From contig JAFRRO010000065.1 in the NCBI GenBank assembly GCA_017428025.1, positions 2,621-66,620 on the forward strand: a stretch of DNA of 64,000 bases, in the 5' to 3' direction. This document shows positions 29,748-39,217 of the stretch, in pieces. The notes beneath the pieces were generated by a model. The model saw nothing but the letters and a program-made list of their open reading frames with translations. It made no database searches and had not been told where the DNA came from. The DNA is from Clostridia bacterium. GTDB taxonomy: Bacteria; Bacillota; Clostridia; Christensenellales; CAG-138. The first letter of the stretch is position 1. Each line of letters opens with the position of its first letter. Both the position numbers and the translations under genes were made by a program.

Positions 29748-31565
29748 ATGACGAAAAAAGATCGATACAAACCGCTGTTTCTCCCCGCGTTCCGGGGTTC
29801 GATCGGCGTATTTCTGCTCGGCGCGATCGAGGTCGTCCTCAGCATCGTCGCGCTGTATCTGTCGTCGCTTGTAACGAGCTATACGCTCGACTACGTGCTG
29901 CTCGGGCAGAACCCGTCCGTTCCGGCGGCTCTGTTCGAACGGCTCAAAGCGCTCGGTCCGCTCGGCAGAAGCTACTGGCTCTGCGGTCTCGCGTTCTTCC
30001 TGTTTACGGCGCTGAACGGACTGTTTACCTTCCTGCGCCGCCGCAACGTGGCGAAGGGCGCGGAGCGCATGGCGAAGAAGATGCGCGACATGCTCTACCG
30101 CAAGCTGAACGCCGTGCCGTACGACTGGCACAAGCATATCTCGACCGGCGATCTCGTGCAGCGCTGCACGTCCGACGTCGAAACGGTGCGCGGCTTCATC
30201 ACGAATCAGCTGATGGAAATCGTGCGCATCGCGGTGATGTTCGTCGTCGCCGCCGCGCTGATGTTCGCGATCCGGTGGCAGATGGCGCTGATCTCGATGG
30301 CGGTCATGCCGCTGTTGACCGCGTCGAGCTTCCTGTACTTCCGCTTTGTGCGCAAATACTTCTCCGACGTCGACGAAGCCGAAGGCGCGCTGTCCACGGC
30401 GATTCAGGAGAACCTGACCGGCGTGCGCGTGGTGCGCGCGTTCGGACAGGAGCGCGCCGAGTACGACAAGTTCACCGCGCTGAACCGCGACTTTGCAAAA
30501 AAGAACATCCGGCTCGTCAACCTGCTCGGCTTCTACTGGGGCGGTTCGGACGCGGTCGGATATCTGCAGATCGCGCTGTCGCTCGCGTGCGGCATCCTCT
30601 TCTATGTCAAGACGCGCGGCACCGCCGATCCGTTCACGCTCGGCGACATCTATCTGTTCCTGTCGCTGACGAGCCGCCTGACCTGGCCGGTGCGTCAGCT
30701 CGGCCGCGTGCTCGCCGACATGGGCAAGGCGACCGTTTCGCTCGACCGTCTCAACGAGATCATGACCGCCGAAGACGAAACCGAGCCCGGCAAGGCGCGG
30801 ACCGATCTGAGCCTTCGCGGCGACATCACGTTCTCGCATGTTTCGTTCGGCTACGACGCGAAAAACGACGTGCTCGACGACATCAGCTTCACCGCGCACG
30901 CGGGCGAGACCGTGGCGATCCTCGGCAGCACCGGCAGCGGCAAGAGCTCGCTCGTGCAGCTTCTGCAGCGCCTGTACACCGTAAACGAGGGCGAGATCAC
31001 GATCAACGGCGTGCCGATCAACGACATCGACCATCACCTGCTGCGCAAAAACATCGCGATCGTCCTGCAGGAACCGTTCCTGTATTCGCGCACGATCCGC
31101 GAGAACATCACGCTGACCGTTCCCGATGCGACGAGCGAAGCGCTCGAAACCGCGGCGCGCGAGGCGGCGATCCACGACGTCATCGAGAAGTTCGCGGACG
31201 GCTACGATACCGTCGTCGGCGAACGCGGCGTCACGCTTTCGGGCGGACAGCAGCAACGTGTGGCGATCGCGCGTGCGCTGATGCAGCGCGCGCCGATCAT
31301 GATCTTCGACGACTCGATGAGCGCGGTCGACACCGAGACCGACGCGAAGATCCGCGCGGCGCTGAAAAGCCATCACGGCGACGGCATTCTGTTCATCATC
31401 TCGCACCGCATCACGACACTGTGCGAGGCGGACCGCATACTGGTGCTCGACCGCGGCAGACTCGTGCAGCAGGGCACGCACGACGAACTGATCCGGGAGG
31501 ACGGTCTCTACCGGCGCATCGCGATCATCCAGGACTACCCTGCGGAAGGAGGTGCAATCGCATGA
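29748..31565 (+). CDS. ABC exporter, fused permease/ATPase (heterodimer half 1)
   Basis: Six-TM N-terminal half, Walker A GSTGSGKSS, signature LSGGQQQR, Walker B IMIFDD. Confidence 0.9.
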   Translation: MTKKDRYKPLFLPAFRGSIGVFLLGAIEVVLSIVALYLSSLVTSYTLDYVLLGQNPSVPAALFERLKALGPLGRSYWLCGLAFFLFTALNGLFTFLRRRNVAKGAERMAKKMRDMLYRKLNAVPYDWHKHISTGDLVQRCTSDVETVRGFITNQLMEIVRIAVMFVVAAALMFAIRWQMALISMAVMPLLTASSFLYFRFVRKYFSDVDEAEGALSTAIQENLTGVRVVRAFGQERAEYDKFTALNRDFAKKNIRLVNLLGFYWGGSDAVGYLQIALSLACGILFYVKTRGTADPFTLGDIYLFLSLTSRLTWPVRQLGRVLADMGKATVSLDRLNEIMTAEDETEPGKARTDLSLRGDITFSHVSFGYDAKNDVLDDISFTAHAGETVAILGSTGSGKSSLVQLLQRLYTVNEGEITINGVPINDIDHHLLRKNIAIVLQEPFLYSRTIRENITLTVPDATSEALETAAREAAIHDVIEKFADGYDTVVGERGVTLSGGQQQRVAIARALMQRAPIMIFDDSMSAVDTETDAKIRAALKSHHGDGILFIISHRITTLCEADRILVLDRGRLVQQGTHDELIREDGLYRRIAIIQDYPAEGGAIA

Positions 31566-33427
31566 GTTACGACAACGAACTCGAATTCGATAAGGAAGCC
31601 AAGATGGACGGCAAGCTCTGGAAGCGGCTGTTCGGCTATGCGCTGCGCAACCGCGGGCTGTTTGTCCGCATCCTGATCTCCATGCTGATCGTTTCGATCA
31701 TCGACGCGCTCTACCCCGTGCTGACGCGCGTTGCGATCGACCGGTTTGTGCGCCCCGCCGACACGCCTACGACCGACGGACTGTGGATCTTCTTTGCGAT
31801 CTACGCGGCGCTCGTCATCCTCCAGGGATTCTTCACGACGCGCTTCATCGGGCGGTCCGGACAGATGGAAACGGCGATCTCCTACGCGATCCGTCAGGAG
31901 GCGTATCTCAAGCTGCAGACGCTGTCCTTCTCGTACTACGACAAGACCTCCACGGGCTATCTCATGGCGCGCATGGTCAGCGACGTCGCGCGGCTCTCCG
32001 ATATGATCGCGTGGAGCATCACGGACTTCCTCTGGTCGTTCTTCTACATCGTGTTCTGCTTTGCGGCGATGTTCTCGTTCAACTGGAAGCTCGCGCTGAT
32101 CGTTGCGGCGGTCATTCCCCCGCTTGCGGTCGTCAGCCTCTATATCCAGCGCGCGATCCTGCGCTATCAGCGCGTGGCGCGCCGCCACAACTCGCGCATC
32201 ACCGGCGCGTTCAACGAGGGCATCATGGGCGCGATGACGACCAAGACGCTCGTGCGCGAGGAACAGAACGCGGCGGAGTTCGAGGCGATCACGACCGACA
32301 TGCGCAGGGCAAGCATCCGGGCGTCCGTCCTTTCCGCAACGTTCTTCCCGCTCGTCATCTCGCTCGGCGCGATCGGAACGGCGCTTGCGCTGATCTTCGG
32401 CGGCGCGGGCGTGCAGGCGACGCTCGGCGGCGAGGAAACCTTCATCGGCGTCATCACGGCGGGCACGCTCGTGTCGTTCATCAACTACGCGTCGAGCCTC
32501 TTCGATCCGATCCAGCAGCTTGCGGGCATCTTTGCCGACATGCAGAGCGCGCAAGCGAGCGCCGAGCGCGTACTGGGACTTTTAGATACCGAATCCGAAG
32601 TCAGGGACACGCCCGAAGCCGAGGCGAAATACGGCACGACGATGGATCCGAAGCGCGAAAACTGGGAGCCGATCGAGGGCGACATCGCCTTCGACCATGT
32701 GGATTTCTATTATAAGGAATCCGAACCGCTTCTGCAGGACTTCAACCTGCACATCCGCGCGGGCGAAACCGTGGCGCTCGTCGGCGAGACCGGCGCGGGC
32801 AAGAGCACGATCGTCAACCTCATCTGCCGCTTCTACGAGCCCAAGAAGGGACGTATCCTGATCGACGGCAAAGACTATCGCGAGCGTTCGCAGCTGTGGC
32901 TGCAATCGTCTCTCGGCTACGTTCTGCAGCAGCCGCATCTGTTCTCCGGCTCGATCCGCGACAACATCCGCTTCGGCTGTCCCGACGCGGACGAGGAGCG
33001 CGTGCGCCGCGCGGCGGCGATGGTCCACGCGGACGAATTCATCGAGCGTCAGCCGAAGGGCTACGACACCGAGGTCGGCGAAGGCGGCGTACGGCTGTCG
33101 ACCGGTCAGAAGCAGCTGATCTCGTTTGCGCGCGTCATCCTTGCGAACCCGCAGATCTTCGTGCTCGACGAGGCGACGAGCTCGATCGACACCGAGACCG
33201 AGCAGCTGATCCAGAACGCGATCACCGAAGTGCTGAAGGGCCGCACGAGCATCGTCGTGGCGCACCGTCTTTCGACGATCCGCAACGCGGACCGCATTCT
33301 CGTCATTCGCGGCGGCGCGATCGTCGAGCAGGGCGATCACGAAACGCTGCTGAAAAAAGGCGGCTACTATCACGACCTCTACATGCACCAGTATGAGGAG
33401 GACGCGATGCAGGAAGCGCTGAAATAA
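31562..33427 (+). CDS. ABC exporter, fused permease/ATPase (heterodimer half 2)
   Basis: Start at ATG 31562 (MSYDNELEF), overlapping the upstream stop. Walker A GETGAGKST, variant signature LSTGQKQL, Walker B IFVLDE. Confidence 0.9.
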   Translation: MSYDNELEFDKEAKMDGKLWKRLFGYALRNRGLFVRILISMLIVSIIDALYPVLTRVAIDRFVRPADTPTTDGLWIFFAIYAALVILQGFFTTRFIGRSGQMETAISYAIRQEAYLKLQTLSFSYYDKTSTGYLMARMVSDVARLSDMIAWSITDFLWSFFYIVFCFAAMFSFNWKLALIVAAVIPPLAVVSLYIQRAILRYQRVARRHNSRITGAFNEGIMGAMTTKTLVREEQNAAEFEAITTDMRRASIRASVLSATFFPLVISLGAIGTALALIFGGAGVQATLGGEETFIGVITAGTLVSFINYASSLFDPIQQLAGIFADMQSAQASAERVLGLLDTESEVRDTPEAEAKYGTTMDPKRENWEPIEGDIAFDHVDFYYKESEPLLQDFNLHIRAGETVALVGETGAGKSTIVNLICRFYEPKKGRILIDGKDYRERSQLWLQSSLGYVLQQPHLFSGSIRDNIRFGCPDADEERVRRAAAMVHADEFIERQPKGYDTEVGEGGVRLSTGQKQLISFARVILANPQIFVLDEATSSIDTETEQLIQNAITEVLKGRTSIVVAHRLSTIRNADRILVIRGGAIVEQGDHETLLKKGGYYHDLYMHQYEEDAMQEALK

Positions 33428-33486
33428 AGACGCGGGACAGGATCTCGTATCGTGCAGCGGCGCTGCATACCGTTTCATTGCATGAC

Positions 33487-33525
33487 AAAAACCGGTCGGG
33501 TGCTCCCCGACCGGTTTTTTGTTTT
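33487..33525. terminator. bidirectional terminator between convergent genes
   Basis: ACCGGTCGGG-tgctc-CCCGACCGGT flanked by AAAA and TTTTTT. Confidence 0.8.
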
Positions 33526-33532
33526 TGTGGAA

Positions 33533-34579
33533 TCAGAGGTACTTGACCTGCAGCGAACCGAAGTTGACGTCCGCGCGGATGATGATGTTCTGCGTCGCGT
33601 CCGGATCGGGATCGCCGGTGCAGGTGAACGCCGCAAACGAGGTGTCGGAAGACTTCACCATGCGGACATGGCGCGGCAGCAGGATCGTGATGTTGCCGAA
33701 GTTCTGGTCGATCTTCAAAAGGCAGTCCGGCACAAACGTGATGACGTTGCGAAGGTCGATCGTATAGTCGCCGAAGTTCGAGTCGATGCTGCCGCCCGCG
33801 AGCACCTCGCGGTCATAGGTGATGTAACTGTTCCCGAAGCTCATGTCGGCTTCCAGATAGTTGTTGTCGTCCGAGTAGTCGAGCGTCGGCTTGCGGTCCG
33901 AGTTGTTTTTCGCGGCGTACTTCTGCTTTCTGCGGAAAACATGCGTCTTGCCGAGAATGACCATCACGAGCGCGATGATCGCGCCGATCAGCAGGATTAC
34001 ATACCAGCGGACTTCGGGCAGCGTCGTGTTGCCGTAAGTCAAAAGGATGCGACGGACGAATTCATAGCCGCCGAAGCCCATCATGACGGAGCCGAACGTG
34101 ATGCTGCTTCTGATCGAGATCAGACCGAGCGTGAAGATCAGCAGCGGCCATACGACGTCCCAGCCCTTCATCGGCGGCTCCAGCTTTTCATAGGGGAACA
34201 TGCCCGCTACGCTGTGCAGCAGGAAGAACAGGCATACAAGGATCGCGCCGATGCAGAACGCGATCGTCTGCCAGTTGCCGCTGTGCCTGTTCCATTCGAA
34301 TTTGAAGCTCTTCTTCGGATCGTCCTTCGGCACTTCATCCTTATCTAAAATGATAACGTGCGGTTCGACCGGCTTGACGCCCAAGAGCTCGTCCACCGAG
34401 ACGTCGAACAGATCGGCCAAAAGCGGCAGCAGCGTGATGTCCGGACAGCTGATGTCGTTTTCCCATTTGCTGACCGCCTGCGCGGAGACGCCGACCTTTT
34501 CGGCAAGCTGTTCCTGCGTGAGACCTTTTTCTTTTCTGAGTGCGGCAATGCGCTTGCCGAGCGTTTCTTTTTGTTCCAT
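33533..34579 (-). CDS. membrane-anchored XRE-family HTH regulator with LiaF-like C-terminal domain
   Basis: Start at ATG 34579 (MEQKETLGKRIAALRKEKGLTQEQLAEKVGVSAQAVSKWEN) after GGGAGGA. About 4 TM segments follow. The beta-rich C-terminus contains NFGNITILLP...ADVNFGSLQV. Confidence 0.75.
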   Translation of the reverse strand: MEQKETLGKRIAALRKEKGLTQEQLAEKVGVSAQAVSKWENDISCPDITLLPLLADLFDVSVDELLGVKPVEPHVIILDKDEVPKDDPKKSFKFEWNRHSGNWQTIAFCIGAILVCLFFLLHSVAGMFPYEKLEPPMKGWDVVWPLLIFTLGLISIRSSITFGSVMMGFGGYEFVRRILLTYGNTTLPEVRWYVILLIGAIIALVMVILGKTHVFRRKQKYAAKNNSDRKPTLDYSDDNNYLEADMSFGNSYITYDREVLAGGSIDSNFGDYTIDLRNVITFVPDCLLKIDQNFGNITILLPRHVRMVKSSDTSFAAFTCTGDPDPDATQNIIIRADVNFGSLQVKYL

Positions 34580-34646
34580 GGTTGTTTCCTCCCTGTTTTT
34601 GTCGGCTACAGCATAACAAACCCGTCGAAAAAGAACCATCGACCGT

Positions 34647-34774
34647 CGGTTGAATTTGCGGATTTTCCTCTACCCTGTCGGTTGAGTCGGTCAAAATCGT
34701 TCTATCCGTACGGTTGAGTCGGTCCGTTTTACTCTCCACCTGCGGTTGAATCGAACGATTTCACGGATATTTTA
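34647..34774. repeat. four direct repeats in exact 32-bp register (core CGGTTGARTY)
   Basis: Cores start at 34647, 34679, 34711 and 34743. Units 2 and 3 share CGGTTGAGTCGGTC. The array lies between the divergent XRE-membrane gene and the def promoter. Confidence 0.85.
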
Positions 34775-34783
34775 CCGATTTTA

Positions 34784-34812
34784 TTTACAAAGGTCAAGAA
34801 AAACAGTATAAT
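34784..34812 (+). promoter_or_regulatory. sigma-70-type promoter of the def-fmt-rsmB... operon
   Basis: TTTACA, 17-nt spacer, TATAAT (34807-34812). Confidence 0.6.
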
Positions 34813-34838
34813 AATTGTTTGAAAACGGAGGTTTTGGT

Positions 34839-35306
34839 ATGGCGTTACGCAATATTCGCAAAAACGACGATCCCGCGCTCTACAAGGTGTGCAAGGACGT
34901 CAAAAAGTTCGATGAAAAGCTTTCCGTGCTCATCGACGATATGATCGAGACCATGAACAACGCGGACGGCGTGGGACTTGCTGCGCCGCAGGTCGGCGTG
35001 CTCCGGCGCGTGCTGGTCATCGATGTAGGCGACGGCCCCGTGGAAATGGTCAATCCCGTGATTCTGGAATCCTCCGGCGAGCAGGGCGGCATGGAAGGCT
35101 GTCTCTCCTTCCCCGGCGAAAGCGGCTACGTCGTGCGTCCGAACAAGGTCAAGGTCGAGGCGTACGACCGTCACGGCGATCTCTACGAATACGAGGGCGA
35201 AGGGCTGTTTGCCCGCGCCGTCTTCCACGAGACGGATCATCTGGACGGCAAGGTCTACAAGCGTCTGGTCACCGAACCGCCCGCCGACTGGAAGGAACCG
35301 GAATAA
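34839..35306 (+). CDS. def: peptide deformylase
   Basis: Start at ATG 34839 after GGAGG. Motifs GVGLAAPQ, EGCLSFPG and HETDHLDG. Confidence 0.95.
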   Translation: MALRNIRKNDDPALYKVCKDVKKFDEKLSVLIDDMIETMNNADGVGLAAPQVGVLRRVLVIDVGDGPVEMVNPVILESSGEQGGMEGCLSFPGESGYVVRPNKVKVEAYDRHGDLYEYEGEGLFARAVFHETDHLDGKVYKRLVTEPPADWKEPE

Positions 35307-35307
35307 C

Positions 35308-36228
35308 ATGCGGATCGCATTCTTAGGCACGCCCGAATTTGCGCTTCCCTCGCTTGCGATGCTGATCGCACGCGGCGATACCCTGTGCGTCTTTACGCAG
35401 CCGGACCGCCCCGTCGGGCGGAAAGCGGTGCTGACGCCGCCGCCGGTCAAGGCGCTTGCGCTCGAACGCGGCGTGCCCGTTCTGCAGTTTGAGAAGATCC
35501 GTTCGAAGGACGGCGTTGCGGCGATGGAAGCCTTTGCGCCGGATCTTTGCGTCACCGCGGCGTTCGGACAGCTTCTCTCCGCAAAGAACCTTGCGATCCC
35601 GAAATACGGCACGATCAACGTGCACGGCTCGCTGCTGCCGAAGTACCGCGGCGCGTCGCCGATCCAGAGCGCGATCATCGACGGCGAAGCCGAAACCGGC
35701 GTCACGACCATGCTGACTGACATCGGCATGGACACCGGCGACATTCTGCTGCAGGCGCGCACGCCGATCGGAGAAAACGAAACCTACGGCGAGCTGTCCG
35801 ACCGCCTTGCGATTCTCGGCGCCGGGCTGCTCTCCGAAACGCTCGACGCGCTCGGGGCGGGAACGCTTTCGCGCACCCCGCAGGACGAGGCGGCGGCAAC
35901 CGTCTGTCACATGCTGACCAAGGAGGACGGCAGGATCGACTGTTCGCTTCCCTGCAAGGCGGTGCACGACCTTGTGCGCGGCACGAATCCGTGGCCCGCG
36001 GCGAGCGCGCTGCTCGACGGGCAGCCGCTGAAGCTCTGGGAAACGCGGCGCTCGGACGCGTCGTTCGATGTGCCTGCCGGTACGCTGATCGAGCGGAACG
36101 GGCGGCTGTTTGTGCAGTGCGCGGACGGCGCGCTGGAGATTCTGTCCCTGCAGGCAAGCGGCAAAAAGCGCATGGACGCGGCTGCGTTTGTGCGCGGGTG
36201 TCCGCTCGACGGAAAACGCCTATGCTGA
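35308..36228 (+). CDS. fmt: methionyl-tRNA formyltransferase
   Basis: MRIAFLGTPEFALPSL..., NVHGSLLPKYRGASPIQ. Confidence 0.95.
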   Translation: MRIAFLGTPEFALPSLAMLIARGDTLCVFTQPDRPVGRKAVLTPPPVKALALERGVPVLQFEKIRSKDGVAAMEAFAPDLCVTAAFGQLLSAKNLAIPKYGTINVHGSLLPKYRGASPIQSAIIDGEAETGVTTMLTDIGMDTGDILLQARTPIGENETYGELSDRLAILGAGLLSETLDALGAGTLSRTPQDEAAATVCHMLTKEDGRIDCSLPCKAVHDLVRGTNPWPAASALLDGQPLKLWETRRSDASFDVPAGTLIERNGRLFVQCADGALEILSLQASGKKRMDAAAFVRGCPLDGKRLC

Positions 36229-37466
36229 GCGTGCGGCGCGCGGCGCTCGAAACGCTCGTTTCCATCTTTGAGGACGGCGCATACGCAAATCTCGCTCTGA
36301 AGGACGCGGCAAGGACCGTTGCGCCGTCGGACGTGCCGTATCTTTACGCGCTCGTCAACGAGACGATCGTGCGCGGCGCGTATCTCGACTATATGCTGTC
36401 GCATTTCTGCAAGCGGCAGAAGCGCACGGTGCGCAACCTGCTGCGCATGGCGGGCACGGAACTGCTGTTTCTGAACACGCCCTCCCACGCGGTCGTCAAC
36501 GAATCGGTTTCGCTCTGCCGCGAGGTCGGCAAGGCGCCGAGCGCCGGACTGGTCAACGCGGTTTTGCGGCGGCTCGACCGCGAGCGCGACGCGCTTCCCC
36601 CGCTGCCCGACGATCCCGAAGAACGGCTTTCGATTGCGTACGGCGTCCCGCGGTTTCTGGTGCGCGAATGGCTCGCATCCTACGGCGAGGCGGAGACCGA
36701 AGCGCTGCTTTCTCGAAAGCCCGTCGGCACCGAGGTGCGCGCGCAGTACCCCTTTACGACCGAAGAACTGCTCGAAGCGCTGCCGGTCGACGCCGAGCGG
36801 CGTCCGCTCGATCCGAACTGCGTCCGGCTCAGTGAGAGCTTCGATCTCGAGCACAGCGACCTGTTCCTGTCCGGAAGGCTTGCGGTGCAGAACGAAGGTG
36901 CGATGCTGATCTGCAGGGCTTTGGGCGACGTCAGGGGAAAAAAGATTCTCGACGCCTGCGCCGCGCCGGGCGGCAAGACGGCATATCTCGCGTCGCTTTC
37001 GGAGAACACGGCAGAGCTCACAGCTTGGGAGCTGCATCCGCACCGCAAGGCGCTGCTGGACGCGACGCTGAACCGGCTGCATGTGCGGGCGAACACCGCC
37101 TGTATCGACGCGACAGAGCCGCAGGAAGCGTATTGCGGCGCGTTTGACGCGGTTCTTCTCGATGTGCCGTGCAGCGGCTTCGGGCTGCTTGCCGACAAGC
37201 CGGACGTGCGGCTCAACAAGAGCGAACGGACGATCACGGAGCTGACCGGCATACAGGACCGGATCCTGGACGTCTGCTCGCGCTGTGTGAAGCGAAACGG
37301 CGTGCTCGTTTACGCGACCTGCACGATCTCGAAGCGCGAAAACGGCGAGCGCGTGCGCGCGTTTCTCTCTGCGCATCCGGCGTTCCGCCTTGTATCGGAA
37401 CGGCAGCTTCTGCCGACGCGCGACGGCACGAACGGATTCTATTACGCAGTTTTGACGGAGGACTGA
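36222..37466 (+). CDS. rsmB: 16S rRNA (cytosine967-C5)-methyltransferase
   Basis: Start at ATG 36222, overlapping the fmt stop. N-terminal NusB-like part, SAM motif DACAAPGGKT, catalytic block YATCTISKREN. Confidence 0.9.
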   Translation: MLSVRRAALETLVSIFEDGAYANLALKDAARTVAPSDVPYLYALVNETIVRGAYLDYMLSHFCKRQKRTVRNLLRMAGTELLFLNTPSHAVVNESVSLCREVGKAPSAGLVNAVLRRLDRERDALPPLPDDPEERLSIAYGVPRFLVREWLASYGEAETEALLSRKPVGTEVRAQYPFTTEELLEALPVDAERRPLDPNCVRLSESFDLEHSDLFLSGRLAVQNEGAMLICRALGDVRGKKILDACAAPGGKTAYLASLSENTAELTAWELHPHRKALLDATLNRLHVRANTACIDATEPQEAYCGAFDAVLLDVPCSGFGLLADKPDVRLNKSERTITELTGIQDRILDVCSRCVKRNGVLVYATCTISKRENGERVRAFLSAHPAFRLVSERQLLPTRDGTNGFYYAVLTED

Positions 37467-37467
37467 A

Positions 37468-38511
37468 ATGTACTGGATGGACATGACCGAACAGGAGATC
37501 GCCGACGCCGTCGGCGCGTTCGGCGTGCCGAAATTCCGCATCGCGCAGGTCGCCGAATGGCTCCGGAAGGGCGTGCGTCCCGCGGAGATGACAAACCTCC
37601 CGAAGGATTTGCGCGACCGGCTTTCCGCCATTCCCTTCGGCGGCGCGAAGATCTTTCAGAAGCGCGTTTCCGCGAAGGACGGCACGGTGAAGTACCTGTT
37701 CGAGCTTGAAGACGAAAACCTCGTCGAGGGCGTTCTGATGCGCTACGGCTACGGCAACACGGTGTGCCTGTCGACGCAGGTCGGCTGCAACATGGGCTGC
37801 AAGTTCTGCGCAAGCACGCTCGAAGGCTGCGTGCGTTCGCTCCGGCACGGCGAGATGCTCTCCTTTCTGGCGGAGATCGAGCGCGACGAACCGCCCGCGC
37901 CCGACAAGCCGCGCACGGTGACGAACATCGTGCTGATGGGCAGCGGCGAACCTTTGGACAACTACGACAACGTCGTGACGTTTTTAAAGCGCGTGACGAG
38001 TCCCGCGGGACCGAACATCAGCGCAAGGAATATTTCGCTTTCCACCTGCGGGCTCGTACCGAAGATCTACACCTTCATCGACGACGCGCCGCACGTGACG
38101 CTCTCGATCTCGCTGCACGCACACAGCAACGAGGTCCGGAGTTCTTTGATGCCGATCAACAAGGCGTACCCGATCGAACAGGTGCTGGAGGCGGCAAAGA
38201 CCTATGCCGAACGCACGGGACGGCGCGTGGTGTTCGAATACGCGCTGATCGGCGGCGTCAACGATTCCGAAGCGGACGCGAAAGCGCTCGCAAAACGATT
38301 GAAGGGCATGCTGTGCCACGTGAATCTCATTCCGCTGAATCCGGTCAAGGAACGCGGACTGAACGGCGTGACGCGGCAGCACGCGTACCGGTTCCAGAAC
38401 TGGTTGGAGGAAAACCGCATCTCGGCGACGGTGCGGCGGGAAATGGGCGCCGATATCGACGGCGCCTGCGGACAGCTTCGAAGGAGGGTTCTCAATGAAA
38501 TGCGCGGGTAG
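37468..38511 (+). CDS. rlmN: 23S rRNA/tRNA (adenine-C2)-methyltransferase, radical SAM
   Basis: CNMGCKFCAS cluster motif, VLMGSGEPLDN, C-terminal DIDGACGQL. Confidence 0.95.
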   Translation: MYWMDMTEQEIADAVGAFGVPKFRIAQVAEWLRKGVRPAEMTNLPKDLRDRLSAIPFGGAKIFQKRVSAKDGTVKYLFELEDENLVEGVLMRYGYGNTVCLSTQVGCNMGCKFCASTLEGCVRSLRHGEMLSFLAEIERDEPPAPDKPRTVTNIVLMGSGEPLDNYDNVVTFLKRVTSPAGPNISARNISLSTCGLVPKIYTFIDDAPHVTLSISLHAHSNEVRSSLMPINKAYPIEQVLEAAKTYAERTGRRVVFEYALIGGVNDSEADAKALAKRLKGMLCHVNLIPLNPVKERGLNGVTRQHAYRFQNWLEENRISATVRREMGADIDGACGQLRRRVLNEMRG

Positions 38512-39217
38512 AACGGAAACAGGTCTTCGCTCCCAGAACGAGGATCGCTATCTCATCCTGGACACGGAGTCGATCCACGCGGTCGCGGTATCGGACGGCA
38601 TGGGCGGGCATCGCGCCGGTGAAACGGCGAGCGCGACGGCCGTGGACACGCTGACCGAGCGTCTCACGTCGTGCAGCGGCGGCTGGGAGGCCGCGCTCAC
38701 AAAGGCGTTCCGCGAGGCGAACACGGCGGTGCACACGCTCGCGCAGTCCGACGATTCGATGTACGGCATGGGCTGCACGCTCGTCGCGGCGATCTATGAC
38801 GAGACGCATTTCGTTGCGGCGAACGTCGGCGATTCGAGGCTCTACCATTTCGACGGCAGCACGATCCGTCAGGTCACGCACGACCATTCGTTCGTCGCGG
38901 AGCTTGTACGGCGCGGCATCATCACCGAGGAGGAAGCCAAGACGCATCCGCGCCGCAACCTCATCACCCGCGCAATCGGCACCGAATCGCGCGTCGCGTC
39001 CGATATTTTCCCGTGCGAATGGAAGCGGGGCGACATGCTGCTGCTCTGCTCGGACGGACTCTGCGGCGTGCTGAGCGACGCGGAGACGGCGGCGTTTCTG
39101 CGCAACAGCGTCGACCTTGACGCCACCTGCGCGTCCCTGATCTCCCGCGCGCTGCAGCTCGGCAGCCGCGACAACATCACCGTGGTACTCGTTCAGAACG
39201 ACGGAGGCAATGCATGA
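38495..39217 (+). CDS. stp: PP2C-family Ser/Thr protein phosphatase
   Basis: RSQNEDRY, VSDGMGGHRAGE, LLLCSDGL, SRDNITVVLV. Confidence 0.9.
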   Translation: MKCAGRTETGLRSQNEDRYLILDTESIHAVAVSDGMGGHRAGETASATAVDTLTERLTSCSGGWEAALTKAFREANTAVHTLAQSDDSMYGMGCTLVAAIYDETHFVAANVGDSRLYHFDGSTIRQVTHDHSFVAELVRRGIITEEEAKTHPRRNLITRAIGTESRVASDIFPCEWKRGDMLLLCSDGLCGVLSDAETAAFLRNSVDLDATCASLISRALQLGSRDNITVVLVQNDGGNA

